Assembly (NCBI GenBank): GCA_965116885.1
Contig: OZ220741.1
Location: 4,544,001 to 4,608,000 of the forward strand
From: Candidatus Latescibacterota bacterium
Lineage (GTDB): Bacteria; Latescibacterota; UBA2968
Direction: 5' to 3'
DNA: 64,000 nt
The notes beneath the pieces are model-generated. The model was not told the origin of the DNA. It worked only from the letters and a program-made list of their open reading frames with translations, and ran no database searches. Shown piece after piece: positions 29,377 to 39,869 of the stretch. Position 1 is the stretch's first letter; each line of letters opens with the position of its first letter. A program made the position numbers and the translations under genes.

Positions 29377-30399
29377 CTATCCAAACACCTCACTCGCGAC
29401 AAAAGCCATACCCAGTGCAGCGGCAGAATCGCCGCCGCGCGCCCATTCAAATTGCGTTGAAACAGCCTGCGTATCAAAGGGATTTTCGAGATAGATCGGC
29501 CACGACCCACCCTCAAAACCTTCGATTACCCACGCCATATACCGATCGCGAAAAGACGCTTCTGAAAGTCCCCCACCGATCACCACAAGCCCCGGATCGA
29601 ATAACCGCACCCAATTGGCTATCGCATAACCCAGAATAAATGCTTGCTCCTTAAAAAGCGACACCGCGAGCGGATCGCCATTTTCCGCGTAATCGCGGAG
29701 TTGATACGCCTTTTCTTCAATCGACGCATCAGAAGCATTCAGCGCGTGATCCATCCATTTATCCCCCGCCAATTCAATCCCCAGCCTGCGTCGCAATGCC
29801 ATAAGCGACACCCAGGCCTCCGTACATCCCTTCAGACCACACGAGCAAGCTGGCAACTCCCCATCCACCTCCCGAAACGGAACCGAAGCATGCCCCACTT
29901 CCAGCGCGAGACCATTTGCCCCCTCGTAAATTTGCCCACCTGGCAAAACCAACCCACCGCCCAAACCCGTTCCAGGTGCGACGAGCAGAAGGCCTGCATC
30001 GGAATCCGGCCGCGCCGCGTATTCACCCGCCGCCGCTGCATTGCCATCATTCGTCATATACACGGGCACCCCCACATACGCAGAAAACTCGCCGCGAATA
30101 TTTGTTCCCACCCAATCCGCACCCAGATTGGCCTGCACCCGAATCACGCCATTGCTACTCGGCGCGGGCACATCCAGCCCAATACCCGCAATATCCGATT
30201 GACGCCTTCCAGCGCGGTCCGTCAATAACAACAGCGCTTCCTCAAGTTGTGCAAACGTCGCCTCATATCCTTCTTTGACGCGACTGGGCACCTCCACCAT
30301 ATCACCCAATAAATTGCCTGAAGTATCGACGAGAATGGACTTCACACTCGTCCCACCGACGTCCAACCCTGCAAAACAGCGCGTATCACTGGCTTTCAT
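29377..30399 (-). CDS. ROK family sugar kinase
   Basis: DVGGT, NDGNAAA.GE, GTGLGGG, EVGH, CSCGLKGCTE. Confidence 0.9.
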   Translation of the reverse strand: MKASDTRCFAGLDVGGTSVKSILVDTSGNLLGDMVEVPSRVKEGYEATFAQLEEALLLLTDRAGRRQSDIAGIGLDVPAPSSNGVIRVQANLGADWVGTNIRGEFSAYVGVPVYMTNDGNAAAAGEYAARPDSDAGLLLVAPGTGLGGGLVLPGGQIYEGANGLALEVGHASVPFREVDGELPACSCGLKGCTEAWVSLMALRRRLGIELAGDKWMDHALNASDASIEEKAYQLRDYAENGDPLAVSLFKEQAFILGYAIANWVRLFDPGLVVIGGGLSEASFRDRYMAWVIEGFEGGSWPIYLENPFDTQAVSTQFEWARGGDSAAALGMAFVASEVFG

Positions 30400-30412
30400 A
30401 ACACCTTCCTTA

Positions 30413-31588
30413 TCACCGTGTAATCACAAACAACTGACGCGTACCATCTCTGGAAATCGATGGAAAAAGCACCCGGTCACTTGTGCGATTCCAGCAAGGC
30501 GCGGGATCGCTCCTCAAATCCCCCGATATCCACGCCCCCTGATCGTATCGCTCAGTCCGTGCCCAAGCACCGTCAGCCATGCGATACATCACATAAACCG
30601 TTCCGCACTTTGGTCCCGAACCATTGATGATCCACTTTCCATCTGGAGAAAACGCATTGTCTCCGCCAGGCTCTGGAAAAACAGACTGATCTCCCAGGGT
30701 CCGTACAATTTTCTGCTCATCGGTATCGTACACCACCAGATCATCCGCATTGTGACCGAGAATCTCATGCCCTTCCAACCACTCGGGATGACCACCAATA
30801 AAAACCTTCTGGATGGTCAGATCACTGCCATCGGGATTCACGGTAAAAGGCACATTGAGCCGCGCTTCGCGCTTATTGAACTTGCCCCGCGCATAAAAAT
30901 AAATCCGATCATCATCGCGGTTCCACAGCGTATGATTGATAAACATCTCCTTGCTCTCAACCCCCGGGTGGTAATCCCGCAACGCATCTCTCAATTGGGC
31001 AAAAGATACAATCAGCTCTTTTTTACCGGTATTCACATCAACCTTAAAAATTCCATCGTCCTCGGGATGAACAACCCCTTCGGTCCAGTCCGCCGCGCCG
31101 AGATACCCCGTCACCAACCGCAGACGCGCCATGCGCGCGTAATTTAATCCCAGAAAATAGCCGCCATTTTGCGCCACGCCGCTATTGCCAAACGACGTAT
31201 CCTCATAGCGATATTCGCGGATCCTCCTCCCTTCGGAAATATCGAACAAAACCGTGAAAACCTTCTGCGTCTCTGGATCCCGATCATTAAAGAAAAACTG
31301 CGTCTCTGGCGATTCGGGATTCCAATAAAACATCGTGCCCTGCTGCGGATTCCACCCCTGAGACTGGTCAACCACCTGGATCGAATAGCCATTCTCAGTA
31401 TCGATCAAAATCACATCCGCGGCCTCACCAGGCCCGGGCATATGATCCTGAAAGTCATTCCGCAACGCGACGATATAGCGGCCGCTCTGATTCCAGGGAA
31501 TGGTCTGCGACTGACCGATATAACCAAAAAAGTGATGTTTGGGACCATACGTGATTTGCTCTACTTCAAGCTCAAATGAATCTGCCAA
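30413..31588 (-). CDS. Beta-propeller hypothetical protein (TolB/oligogalacturonate-lyase-like)
   Basis: TTG after GGAG; HHFFGY, WNPQQG, INH..W, GGHP.W, D.AP.W repeats. Confidence 0.65.
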   Translation of the reverse strand: MADSFELEVEQITYGPKHHFFGYIGQSQTIPWNQSGRYIVALRNDFQDHMPGPGEAADVILIDTENGYSIQVVDQSQGWNPQQGTMFYWNPESPETQFFFNDRDPETQKVFTVLFDISEGRRIREYRYEDTSFGNSGVAQNGGYFLGLNYARMARLRLVTGYLGAADWTEGVVHPEDDGIFKVDVNTGKKELIVSFAQLRDALRDYHPGVESKEMFINHTLWNRDDDRIYFYARGKFNKREARLNVPFTVNPDGSDLTIQKVFIGGHPEWLEGHEILGHNADDLVVYDTDEQKIVRTLGDQSVFPEPGGDNAFSPDGKWIINGSGPKCGTVYVMYRMADGAWARTERYDQGAWISGDLRSDPAPCWNRTSDRVLFPSISRDGTRQLFVITR

Positions 31589-31614
31589 TTTGTTCTCCCC
31601 GTGGATATTATGGA

Positions 31615-33240
31615 CTAAACCCCTATCGCATACCCATCGCGCCTCGGATCTGCACCGCCCATCAACGCACCCGATTCGGCATCCACTACAATACCCTGCG
31701 CCCCACCGCAAACGGCGGAATAATCGGGCAACACCTTCACATCGTGTCCACGCGCTTTCAGTGCGCGCCGAATAGACTTTGGCACCCGCCTTTCAATAGA
31801 CACATTAGTACCCGCACTCTCAATGCGGAACCGAGGTGCTTCAATCGCCGCCTGTATATTCATGCCGTAATCCAGCACATTGGTCAAAAATTGCACCGAC
31901 GTTTGTTGAATTCCCCAGCTTCCCGGCGTACCCAGCGCGGAAAAAAGCGCGCCATCTCGAAACACCAGCATTGGCGACAGACACATATCCACTTTTTTGT
32001 GGGGCGCAATGCAATTGGGGCTATCGGGCACCAGATCGCCCCACCGAATAAAATTATTTAAAAACATGCCCGTATCGCCCATCATTACCCCCGACCCAAA
32101 ACCCGACCCCAAACTCTGAGTTATAGCCACGGCATTGCCATCGCCATCAACCACATCGAAATGCGTCGTGCATTCATTGCGCCATGCCGTTGGATCGCCC
32201 GGTTCAATCTCGTCCGGCAATTTCGTCGCCGGATACCACTCGCCCCGATGCACACCCGCGCGATTTCCAATCAGCTTTCGGCGTTCTTCCGCATAGCCCT
32301 TCGCCAGCAATCCTTCAATCGGCGCCTGCGGGGCTGCTGCGTATTCTATCCGATCTGCATTGCCCAACTTCACGGCTTCGATGAACAAATGTAATGCCTG
32401 CTCCGAGTGATGTTCCATCTCTGCCAGATCGTATCCTTCCAGCATATTGAGCGTCTCGAGAATCTGAAATCCCGCACTCGGTGGCGGCGGACAAAACACT
32501 TCATAGCCGCGATAGGTCGTCGCTATCGGATCAACCCACTCCGGTTCAAAATCAGCCAGATCGCGCTCGGACAACCAGCCCCCTTCCCCCTGAATATATC
32601 CCGCCATTTCGCGCGCGAGATCGCCCCTATAAAAAACCTCCGCTCCCCCCTCAGCAACCCGTCGAAATGTTCGCGCCAAATCCTTTTGAGCCAGAATTTC
32701 GCCCGGCAGAGGTCCGCGCCCACGCGACAGAATAACCCGCTCTCCCCTGTCGTTCAACCGCCCTCCACTACTCATCGACTGACTATTCCTCACCGTCACA
32801 GCATACCCGTTCTCCGCCAGATCAATCGCAGGCGCAAATACTTGTGCTGGCGTCATTGTGCCATAGCGTTCCAACAATTCCAACCAGCCGCCACAAGCAC
32901 CCGGCGTCAAACACGAACGCGGCCCAGCATCTTTATCCGCTGGACCATCAAACAACTCGGCACGCGCTTGATACGGCGTTCGCCCACAATAATCCAACAC
33001 GCGTCTGTAGTCATTTTTCGCATCGTACACAATCGCATACCCCACCCCCGCAATACCGGACATATAGGGTTCCACAACATTGAGCGCAGCAGCAACAGCA
33101 ACAGCAGCATCAAACGCATTGCCCCCCTCAAGCAACATCCGCGCGCCAGATAGCGCGGCCTGCGGATGCGCGCACGCCACCATACCTCGCGTACCCGTAA
33201 CCGTTGGTCTATGTGTCACACCATGTGCAGAAAAAGCCAT
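31615..33240 (-). CDS. ggt: Gamma-glutamyltransferase family protein (cytoplasmic)
   Basis: GGNAFDAAVA, FYRG, nucleophile TTHFDVVD, GFGSG, GGADPRRDG; ATG after AGGAG. Confidence 0.92.
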   Translation of the reverse strand: MAFSAHGVTHRPTVTGTRGMVACAHPQAALSGARMLLEGGNAFDAAVAVAAALNVVEPYMSGIAGVGYAIVYDAKNDYRRVLDYCGRTPYQARAELFDGPADKDAGPRSCLTPGACGGWLELLERYGTMTPAQVFAPAIDLAENGYAVTVRNSQSMSSGGRLNDRGERVILSRGRGPLPGEILAQKDLARTFRRVAEGGAEVFYRGDLAREMAGYIQGEGGWLSERDLADFEPEWVDPIATTYRGYEVFCPPPPSAGFQILETLNMLEGYDLAEMEHHSEQALHLFIEAVKLGNADRIEYAAAPQAPIEGLLAKGYAEERRKLIGNRAGVHRGEWYPATKLPDEIEPGDPTAWRNECTTHFDVVDGDGNAVAITQSLGSGFGSGVMMGDTGMFLNNFIRWGDLVPDSPNCIAPHKKVDMCLSPMLVFRDGALFSALGTPGSWGIQQTSVQFLTNVLDYGMNIQAAIEAPRFRIESAGTNVSIERRVPKSIRRALKARGHDVKVLPDYSAVCGGAQGIVVDAESGALMGGADPRRDGYAIGV

Positions 33241-33441
33241 AACACTGCTCCTGAAAGTTTTGATTTTCACACCACAATAGGCCGAATTAAGATCGGTATA
33301 ATCTACGTCCAGTAAAAAAAAATGGCAACCGTAGAGTCATAGCCAGTAGAGAATATATTGCTCCGTTCTCCACACCAACGTATATTGCCCCATCCGTCAT
33401 CACATTCATCCATTTCTGACTCAAATATGGAAAGAAACCCT

Positions 33442-34554
33442 ATGGACCCTGTACAACTCACGCGCGAATTTGTATCCTTCAACTCAACCAGCTACCTGAG
33501 CAACGTCGATTGCTCAAATGCCATGGCAGAAAGAATGCGCGAAGCCGGCCTCGCGGTTGAACGCATACCCTACACAGACCCCAACGGCGTTCCCAAACTA
33601 AACCTCGTCGGAAAAAAAGGAAATGGCACTGGTGGCCTCGCCCTGATGGGACACAACGACGTCGTACCCGCCGAAGGCTGGGCATGGGACCCCTTTGAAG
33701 TCGCGGAAAAGGGATCCCGCATCTACGGACGCGGCGTAGCCGACATGAAAGGCTCGGTCGCGTGTATGATCGCCACGGCAAGCCATTTCTCCACCGACGA
33801 ACTCAAGCAGCCTATCTACGTGGTCGTCACCGGAGATGAAGAAATCAACTGTGGAGGTGCCGATGTCGTCGCCCAAAAATCCGAAGTATTAAAAGAATCC
33901 AACGTGCGCTACGGCATTATTGGCGAACCAACTCTGCTCGACGTGGTACACGCCCATAAAGGATCGGTCAAAATCAGCGTCACAGCCACGGGAAAAGCCA
34001 CACACAGCAGCACGGGAACAGGCATCAACGCCAATCACAAACTCATCCCCTTCCTCAACGACATGCTCGCCATAGACTGCGAACTCAAAACCGACGAAAA
34101 ATACCTCAACAACGCCTTCACACCCCCACATGCCACCCTCAACACCGTCATACACGGAGGCGAACAAGCGTCGAACATCACCACGCCAGAAAGCGGGGCA
34201 ACCCTCAACATGCGCCCCATGCCCGGACAAGACTTCGCGCCCCTACTCGACAAAATCAGAACACTGGCCAAAGAACGCGGAGTCCACGTCGATATATACG
34301 ACGGACTCGCCCCCCTCCACACCCCGGTGGAATCTCGCATCGTGCAAGAAGCCCTCTCCGTCACAAACAGGGGCGAACCCAAAACCGTAGCCTACGGCAC
34401 CGATGGCATGATCTTTGGCAAAACCATGGAACTCGTCGTACTCGGTCCCGGCAATATCCAACAGGCGCACACCATTGATGAATGGATCGAAATCGAACAA
34501 CTCCATCAAGCTGTGGATACCTTCTCAGAAATGGTGCGGCGGTTTTGTATTTAG
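33442..34554 (+). CDS. M20 metallopeptidase, acetylornithine deacetylase (ArgE)-like
   Basis: GHNDVVP, GRGVADMKG, DEE, GEPT, YGTD, GPG...AHT.DE. Confidence 0.9.
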   Translation: MDPVQLTREFVSFNSTSYLSNVDCSNAMAERMREAGLAVERIPYTDPNGVPKLNLVGKKGNGTGGLALMGHNDVVPAEGWAWDPFEVAEKGSRIYGRGVADMKGSVACMIATASHFSTDELKQPIYVVVTGDEEINCGGADVVAQKSEVLKESNVRYGIIGEPTLLDVVHAHKGSVKISVTATGKATHSSTGTGINANHKLIPFLNDMLAIDCELKTDEKYLNNAFTPPHATLNTVIHGGEQASNITTPESGATLNMRPMPGQDFAPLLDKIRTLAKERGVHVDIYDGLAPLHTPVESRIVQEALSVTNRGEPKTVAYGTDGMIFGKTMELVVLGPGNIQQAHTIDEWIEIEQLHQAVDTFSEMVRRFCI

Positions 34555-34570
34555 GTACTCTCTTCCACAT

Positions 34571-34613
34571 ATAAAAAAATCCCCGTGATTGAGAGATCAC
34601 GGGGATTTTTTAT
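34571..34613. terminator. Bidirectional intrinsic terminator
   Basis: ataaaaaaatccccgtgat-tgagag-atcacggggattttttat between convergent genes. Confidence 0.9.
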
Positions 34614-34637
34614 GTGTAATCGGATTGGCGCAAATCT

Positions 34638-34904
34638 CTACCCACCTGCAATTGACGTCACAAAATGAACCTCGCTATTAGGGGGGATCTGTGTCCGCAA
34701 ACCTTCCTCGGTGACAACGCCATCAATCGCAACCGCCAATCCAGGTGCAATCCGATAATCTTCGTACACCACCCGGTCTTTAATACCGGGAAATTGCGCA
34801 TCCAGATTTTCGATCACCTCGCGTAATGTATTGCCACCGACAACCACCTTTTCCCTGCCCTCGGTCAATTTGCGCATCAGCGAAGGAATCCACACTTCAG
34901 GCAT
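34638..34904 (-). CDS. MoaD/ThiS-family sulfur carrier
   Basis: Ubiquitin-like size; C-terminal IAGG. Confidence 0.88.
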   Translation of the reverse strand: MPEVWIPSLMRKLTEGREKVVVGGNTLREVIENLDAQFPGIKDRVVYEDYRIAPGLAVAIDGVVTEEGLRTQIPPNSEVHFVTSIAGG

Positions 34905-34931
34905 AGTCAAACTCCTGTATCTCAGGCCATC

Positions 34932-37232
34932 TCAAGCCGAGCCATTCCCACCGTTTTTATCCCACCAGGCTTCCAACACGCGCGGAGGCGACATGGGCAA
35001 CTCGGTCAGGCGCAGGCCAATGGCATCGTAAATTGCATTGGCAACCGCTGCCGTAGGTGGCACAATCGGCACCTCTCCCACTCCGCGTACACCGTAGGGA
35101 TGCCCCGGATTGGGAACCTCGACAATATGCGCATCAATCATCGGCAAATCCAAACACGTCGGCATCCGATAATCCAACAAGCTGCTATTCCGCAAAATGC
35201 CATCTTCATCGTACACATACTCTTCGTTGAGCGCCCAACCAATCGCCTGCGCAACGCCGCCCTGCATCTGCCCCTCCACATACGGCGGATAAATCGCTTT
35301 CCCCGCATCCTGGAAAATCGACGCGCGCAAAATATCGACCTTGCCCGTATCGGTATCGACCTCCACATCCACAATCGCCACCGCATAAGCACCCCCAACA
35401 CCTGTGGGTTTTGCCGTGGCGTGCCCCATCACCGGCCCGCCCGTTGAATCGAGTTTGGCCGCTAAATCCTTAAACGTAATCGACTTCGACGGATCGGACT
35501 TTGAGCGGAACACAGCCTGATCGAACTCGACATCATCCTCAGAAATCTCCCACAGGATCGCCGCACGCGCCATCATCTGTTCTTTGATATCCTGCGCGCA
35601 TTTATAAGCCGCCCAACCCGTCGCAAATGTCGTGCGCGAACCACCCGTCACACCCGTATAACCAATCGAATCCGTATCGCCCACCTGCGGACGAATCTGC
35701 TGCTCCGAAATACCCAGCACCTCGGCCATCTGCATCGCAACCGACGTGCGCGTGCCGCCAATATCTGTCGAACCCTCCACCAGATTGATCGTGCCATCGT
35801 CATTCACACTCGCAGCCGCACTCGAAACACCGCCTCCATTGCCCCAAAAACCAGACGCCACACCGCGACCGCGATATTTTCCATTGAGCGTCGTCTGATA
35901 ATGGTCAGAAGAGACAGCAGCGCGAACACATTCCTCATGTCCGATGCGCTTATTCACGGGACCATCTGCGCGGCGCGTGCCTTCTTTTGCAGAATTGCTC
36001 AACCGAAATTCCAGCGGATCGACGCCCAATTTCTCGGCGAGTTCATCCACCACGGTCTCAACGGCAAAAGCCGCATTCGTCGTGCCCGGCGCGCGATAGG
36101 CCGAAGAGGAAGGCTTGTTGTTCACCACATCATAACCATCCACCAGAACATGTGGAATCACATAAGGCGCCAGCATATTGCGCGCCCCCGCGCCCACGGG
36201 ACTGCCGGAAAAAGCCCCGGCCTCATAGACCAGTTCACTCTCAGCAGCGACGAGCTTGCCGTCATTGGTCGCGCCCATCTTCACCCGAATCCACGACCCC
36301 GAGGTCGGGCCAGTCGCCTGCAAAACCTCGGTGCGGGTCATAATCATTTTCACCGGATGCCCCGTCTTTCTCGACAACAGCGCGGCAATCGGTTCCAAAT
36401 ACGCTTTGATCTTCCCGCCAAATCCCCCGCCAATCTCCAGGGGCACAACCTTAATTTGCGACACGGGAATGCCCAAAATTCTCGCAGTCTGATCCCGCAC
36501 GCCAAACGCACCCTGATTGCTGCACCAGATCGTCACCACGCCATCGGCATTCCACAACACCGTGGCATTTTGCGGTTCAATATAGCCCTGATGCACCATA
36601 TCCGTGAGAAACTCGCGCTCGACAATCACATCCGATTCGGCAAATCCCTGTTCGATATCGCCCAATTCCGTGCGAAAATGCGACGCCACATTGCTGAAAT
36701 TCTCGCTCCTCTCACCCATCGAATTGGTTCTCTGATCTTCATGTACCAGAGGCGCATCGTCCTTCATCGCCTCCCGCACATCCAGCACATGGGACAACAC
36801 CTCGTATTCGACCTCAATCAAATCCAGTGCTTCTTCAGCAATATGGACATTAGTCGCCGCCACCGCCGCTACGGGATACCCCTGATAGAGCACCTTTTCG
36901 CGTGCCAGTACTGCCGCACACATATCCTTAACCCGCACCACCTCTTCGCCCAAATCGGCCAACTGCTCCTCGGCATTGAGCGCCAAATCCTGCCCGGTAA
37001 CAACCGCGCGAACGCCTTCAAGCGCTTCGGCCTTGCTCGTATCAACCGACTTGAGCCGAGCGTGCGCGTGCGGGCTTCGCAAAACTCTGGCATGCAACAT
37101 ATCGGGCAAATTGAGGTCCGTACCGTAAATCGCCCTGCCCGTCACCTTATCCGCGCCATCGTGCCGCACGGGCCGCGTCCCCACGACCTTATAATCCGTA
37201 ATACCCAAATAATCTTCCTGTGGAATCGCCAT
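34932..37232 (-). CDS. Xanthine dehydrogenase-family molybdopterin-binding large subunit
   Basis: KVTGRA.Y, RSPHAHA, GGGFGGK, AYRAPG, EGQMQGG, GVGE. Confidence 0.93.
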   Translation of the reverse strand: MAIPQEDYLGITDYKVVGTRPVRHDGADKVTGRAIYGTDLNLPDMLHARVLRSPHAHARLKSVDTSKAEALEGVRAVVTGQDLALNAEEQLADLGEEVVRVKDMCAAVLAREKVLYQGYPVAAVAATNVHIAEEALDLIEVEYEVLSHVLDVREAMKDDAPLVHEDQRTNSMGERSENFSNVASHFRTELGDIEQGFAESDVIVEREFLTDMVHQGYIEPQNATVLWNADGVVTIWCSNQGAFGVRDQTARILGIPVSQIKVVPLEIGGGFGGKIKAYLEPIAALLSRKTGHPVKMIMTRTEVLQATGPTSGSWIRVKMGATNDGKLVAAESELVYEAGAFSGSPVGAGARNMLAPYVIPHVLVDGYDVVNNKPSSSAYRAPGTTNAAFAVETVVDELAEKLGVDPLEFRLSNSAKEGTRRADGPVNKRIGHEECVRAAVSSDHYQTTLNGKYRGRGVASGFWGNGGGVSSAAASVNDDGTINLVEGSTDIGGTRTSVAMQMAEVLGISEQQIRPQVGDTDSIGYTGVTGGSRTTFATGWAAYKCAQDIKEQMMARAAILWEISEDDVEFDQAVFRSKSDPSKSITFKDLAAKLDSTGGPVMGHATAKPTGVGGAYAVAIVDVEVDTDTGKVDILRASIFQDAGKAIYPPYVEGQMQGGVAQAIGWALNEEYVYDEDGILRNSSLLDYRMPTCLDLPMIDAHIVEVPNPGHPYGVRGVGEVPIVPPTAAVANAIYDAIGLRLTELPMSPPRVLEAWWDKNGGNGSA

Positions 37233-37316
37233 TCTTCCTCCTGTAATAATAAAATTGCAATCCTGATTAATCGCACCAAAAATAATGCAGACCGCGCCCC
37301 CTGTCCAGTCTTTAAA

Positions 37317-38216
37317 TCACGCGTCGCTGATCTTGATACCGGATAGGGTCTCAATAGTCTTTGTCACGGCTGAAAAATCGAGTGCGCCAGCACCCAGGCT
37401 ACTGGCGGCCGCATACATCTGATAAGCCACCGCTCCCAGCGGCACGGGCACATTCATTGCGCGGCCCATCTCCACACCAATACCGATATCCTTCTTCATC
37501 AAATCGAGCATAAACCCCGGCGCGTACTCATCCTTGAACACAAAATCCGCAACGCGCGCCTGAAAAGCCGATGAATTACCCGAACTCACGCTAATCACCT
37601 GCCGCATCACCTCTGGATCAGCACCCGCTTTAACGCCGAGGATAAGCCCCTCTGCAATCGCAGCCATCGTAATACCGCCGAGCAACTGATTCACAATTTT
37701 AACCGTTTGCCCCACGCCAACATCACCCACATGAAAAATATTCTCGCTATTGCCCATCGCGTCAAAAATCCCCTGACAGCGATCAAAATCGGCCTTTGCT
37801 CCACCCGCAATAATAGTCAGCGTACCGTTAATCGCCCCAATATCGCCACCACTTACCGGCGCATCCATCACGCGAACCCCTTTTTCCGCTGCCTCCTCTG
37901 CCACACCCTGAATCGTCAACGGCGAAATCGTGCTCATATCCACAATGAGATCGCCTTCAGATGCCCCAGCCAAAACGCCCTGATCGCCCAAAATGACCTC
38001 GCGCACCTCGGGATCAGCAGTCACAATCGTAATAATAATATCCGTTGCCTCGCCCACAGCCTGTGACGAAGACACATAAGTCGCCCCCGCGCCCTCCATC
38101 TCGGCCACAATCTCGTCGCGCCGCGCGTAAAATGTCACATCAAAACCGGCCTTCAACAGATTGTGGCACATAGGCTTGCCCATAATCCCCAAACCGACAA
38201 ATCCAATCTTGTCCAT
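37317..38216 (-). CDS. NAD(P)-dependent beta-hydroxyacid dehydrogenase (tartronate semialdehyde reductase / 3-HIBADH family)
   Basis: IGFVGLGIMG, DMSTI, DAPVSGG, K..NQ, LMKKD. Confidence 0.92.
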   Translation of the reverse strand: MDKIGFVGLGIMGKPMCHNLLKAGFDVTFYARRDEIVAEMEGAGATYVSSSQAVGEATDIIITIVTADPEVREVILGDQGVLAGASEGDLIVDMSTISPLTIQGVAEEAAEKGVRVMDAPVSGGDIGAINGTLTIIAGGAKADFDRCQGIFDAMGNSENIFHVGDVGVGQTVKIVNQLLGGITMAAIAEGLILGVKAGADPEVMRQVISVSSGNSSAFQARVADFVFKDEYAPGFMLDLMKKDIGIGVEMGRAMNVPVPLGAVAYQMYAAASSLGAGALDFSAVTKTIETLSGIKISDA

Positions 38217-38253
38217 CTCATCACTCCTTTTCTGGTAAAACATCTATTTGTCT

Positions 38254-38282
38254 TTGACAACTGAAATGCTACAGTATAATAT
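38254..38282 (+). promoter_or_regulatory. Putative sigma70 promoter of the FGGY kinase
   Basis: TTGACA-N15-TATAAT (or N17-TAATAT). Confidence 0.55.
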
Positions 38283-38321
38283 AACGTCAACTCATCCTAT
38301 CATCAGAAAAAAGAGCCAACC

Positions 38322-39869
38322 ATGAACACAAAAACATCCTCCGACCCTTTACTCATCGGCATCGACGTTGGAACCACCAACATCAAAGCCCTGATCTTTG
38401 ATCCTCGTGGTCGCGAAATCGCACGCGCACAGGCCAAAACGCCCACACACCATCCACAGCCCGAATGGGCGTATTACAAACCCGATGAACTCTGGAAAAC
38501 CGTGTGCGGCGTCCTGAAAAAGGCCATTGCACAAATCGACAATCCCGCCAACATCACCGGCATAGCCACCGCGAGCATTGGCGAAACGGGCGTCCCCATC
38601 GACAAGCGAGGAAACCCAACCAGCCAGGCAATAGCGTGGTTCGACCAGCGCACCCGCCCGCAATGCGAGCAACTGCAAAAAATCTTTGACCGCGACGAAC
38701 TCTTCTCGCTTACAGGGCTTCCTCTACAACCCATTTCCAGCCTGTGCAAAATCCTCTGGATACGCGAACATCAGCCCGAAGCCTTTGCGCGAACCGCCAC
38801 CTGGCTCAACACTGCCGATTATATCGCCTTCCGATTATCGGGCATACCCGCCACCGACTATTCCCTCGCCTCTCGCACCCTCGCCTTTGACCTCCACAGG
38901 CGGCAATGGGCAAACGGCCTCCTCAACGAACTCCATCTTTCTCCAAATCTCTTTGCGCCACTTTGCCCTGCTGGAACAGACCTGGGCACCATCCTTCCCG
39001 ACATCGCACGCGAAACCGGCCTGCCCCTGCACACGCGAATATGCGCCGGTGGACACGACCATATTTGCGGCGCACTTGCCGTTGGCGTTACAGAGCCGGG
39101 AACAATGCTCAATTCTCTGGGCACCGCAGAAGCCATGTGCTTGCCCATTTCCCAACCGCTTACAGACCCGCAAATAGGCCGCCAGAACTTCACCATAGGC
39201 GCGCATGTCGCGCCCGACCAATATTACTTCCTCGGCGGATTGTTTACAAGCGGTGCGAGCATTGAGTGGTTCCGCAATTTATTTGGCGAAAATGCCGACT
39301 ATAACACCTTAATTTCCGAAGCGAGCGAATCTCCCCCCGGTAGTCTGGGCGTTGGCTTTCTCCCACAACTGCGCTTTACCAACCCGCCCCATGCAGAAGC
39401 CATAGCGCGCGGGACATTTATTGGCCTGACACCCGACGCCAACCGCGGTACGCTCTTCCGAGCAATCCTCGAAGGTCTATCTCTGGAAATGCGCCATATT
39501 ATTGACGCGTCCAAATCTCATCCCGGCGTGCCCGAAACAAAAAATATTATCGCAATCGGCGGCGGCATCCGCAATCAACTCCTCATGCAAATCAAAGCCA
39601 CCGTTCTCGACCAGCCCATCGCCCTGGCCGAAATGGATGAAGCAACAGCCCTCGGCGCGGCAGTGCTCGCGGGACTGGGCACAGGTGTTTACGCAGACGT
39701 CGCCGATGCCCTGCATACGCTCGACATCCCCATGCAGACCATTCACCCCATACCCGAACAGGTCGCGCACTACAACACAATTTACAACCGCGTACACAAG
39801 CAAATTTATCCGGCAGTACAAGGCCTGCACCAGCAGATTGACCAGATCCAGATGACAACGGTCAGATAG
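38322..39869 (+). CDS. FGGY-family carbohydrate kinase (xylulo-/fuculo-/rhamnulokinase-like)
   Basis: IDVGTTNIK, W.DQR, TD.S.ASRT, GGHDH, RAILEG, EATALGAA. Confidence 0.92.
   Translation: MNTKTSSDPLLIGIDVGTTNIKALIFDPRGREIARAQAKTPTHHPQPEWAYYKPDELWKTVCGVLKKAIAQIDNPANITGIATASIGETGVPIDKRGNPTSQAIAWFDQRTRPQCEQLQKIFDRDELFSLTGLPLQPISSLCKILWIREHQPEAFARTATWLNTADYIAFRLSGIPATDYSLASRTLAFDLHRRQWANGLLNELHLSPNLFAPLCPAGTDLGTILPDIARETGLPLHTRICAGGHDHICGALAVGVTEPGTMLNSLGTAEAMCLPISQPLTDPQIGRQNFTIGAHVAPDQYYFLGGLFTSGASIEWFRNLFGENADYNTLISEASESPPGSLGVGFLPQLRFTNPPHAEAIARGTFIGLTPDANRGTLFRAILEGLSLEMRHIIDASKSHPGVPETKNIIAIGGGIRNQLLMQIKATVLDQPIALAEMDEATALGAAVLAGLGTGVYADVADALHTLDIPMQTIHPIPEQVAHYNTIYNRVHKQIYPAVQGLHQQIDQIQMTTVR

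Noticed and set aside
34932..37232. Aerobic CO dehydrogenase CoxL
   Set aside because: The active-site loop is AYRAPG, not form I AYxCSFR, and coxM/coxS are absent.
35901..37346. 481-aa plus-strand ORF
   Set aside because: Antisense shadow of the Mo-hydroxylase gene.
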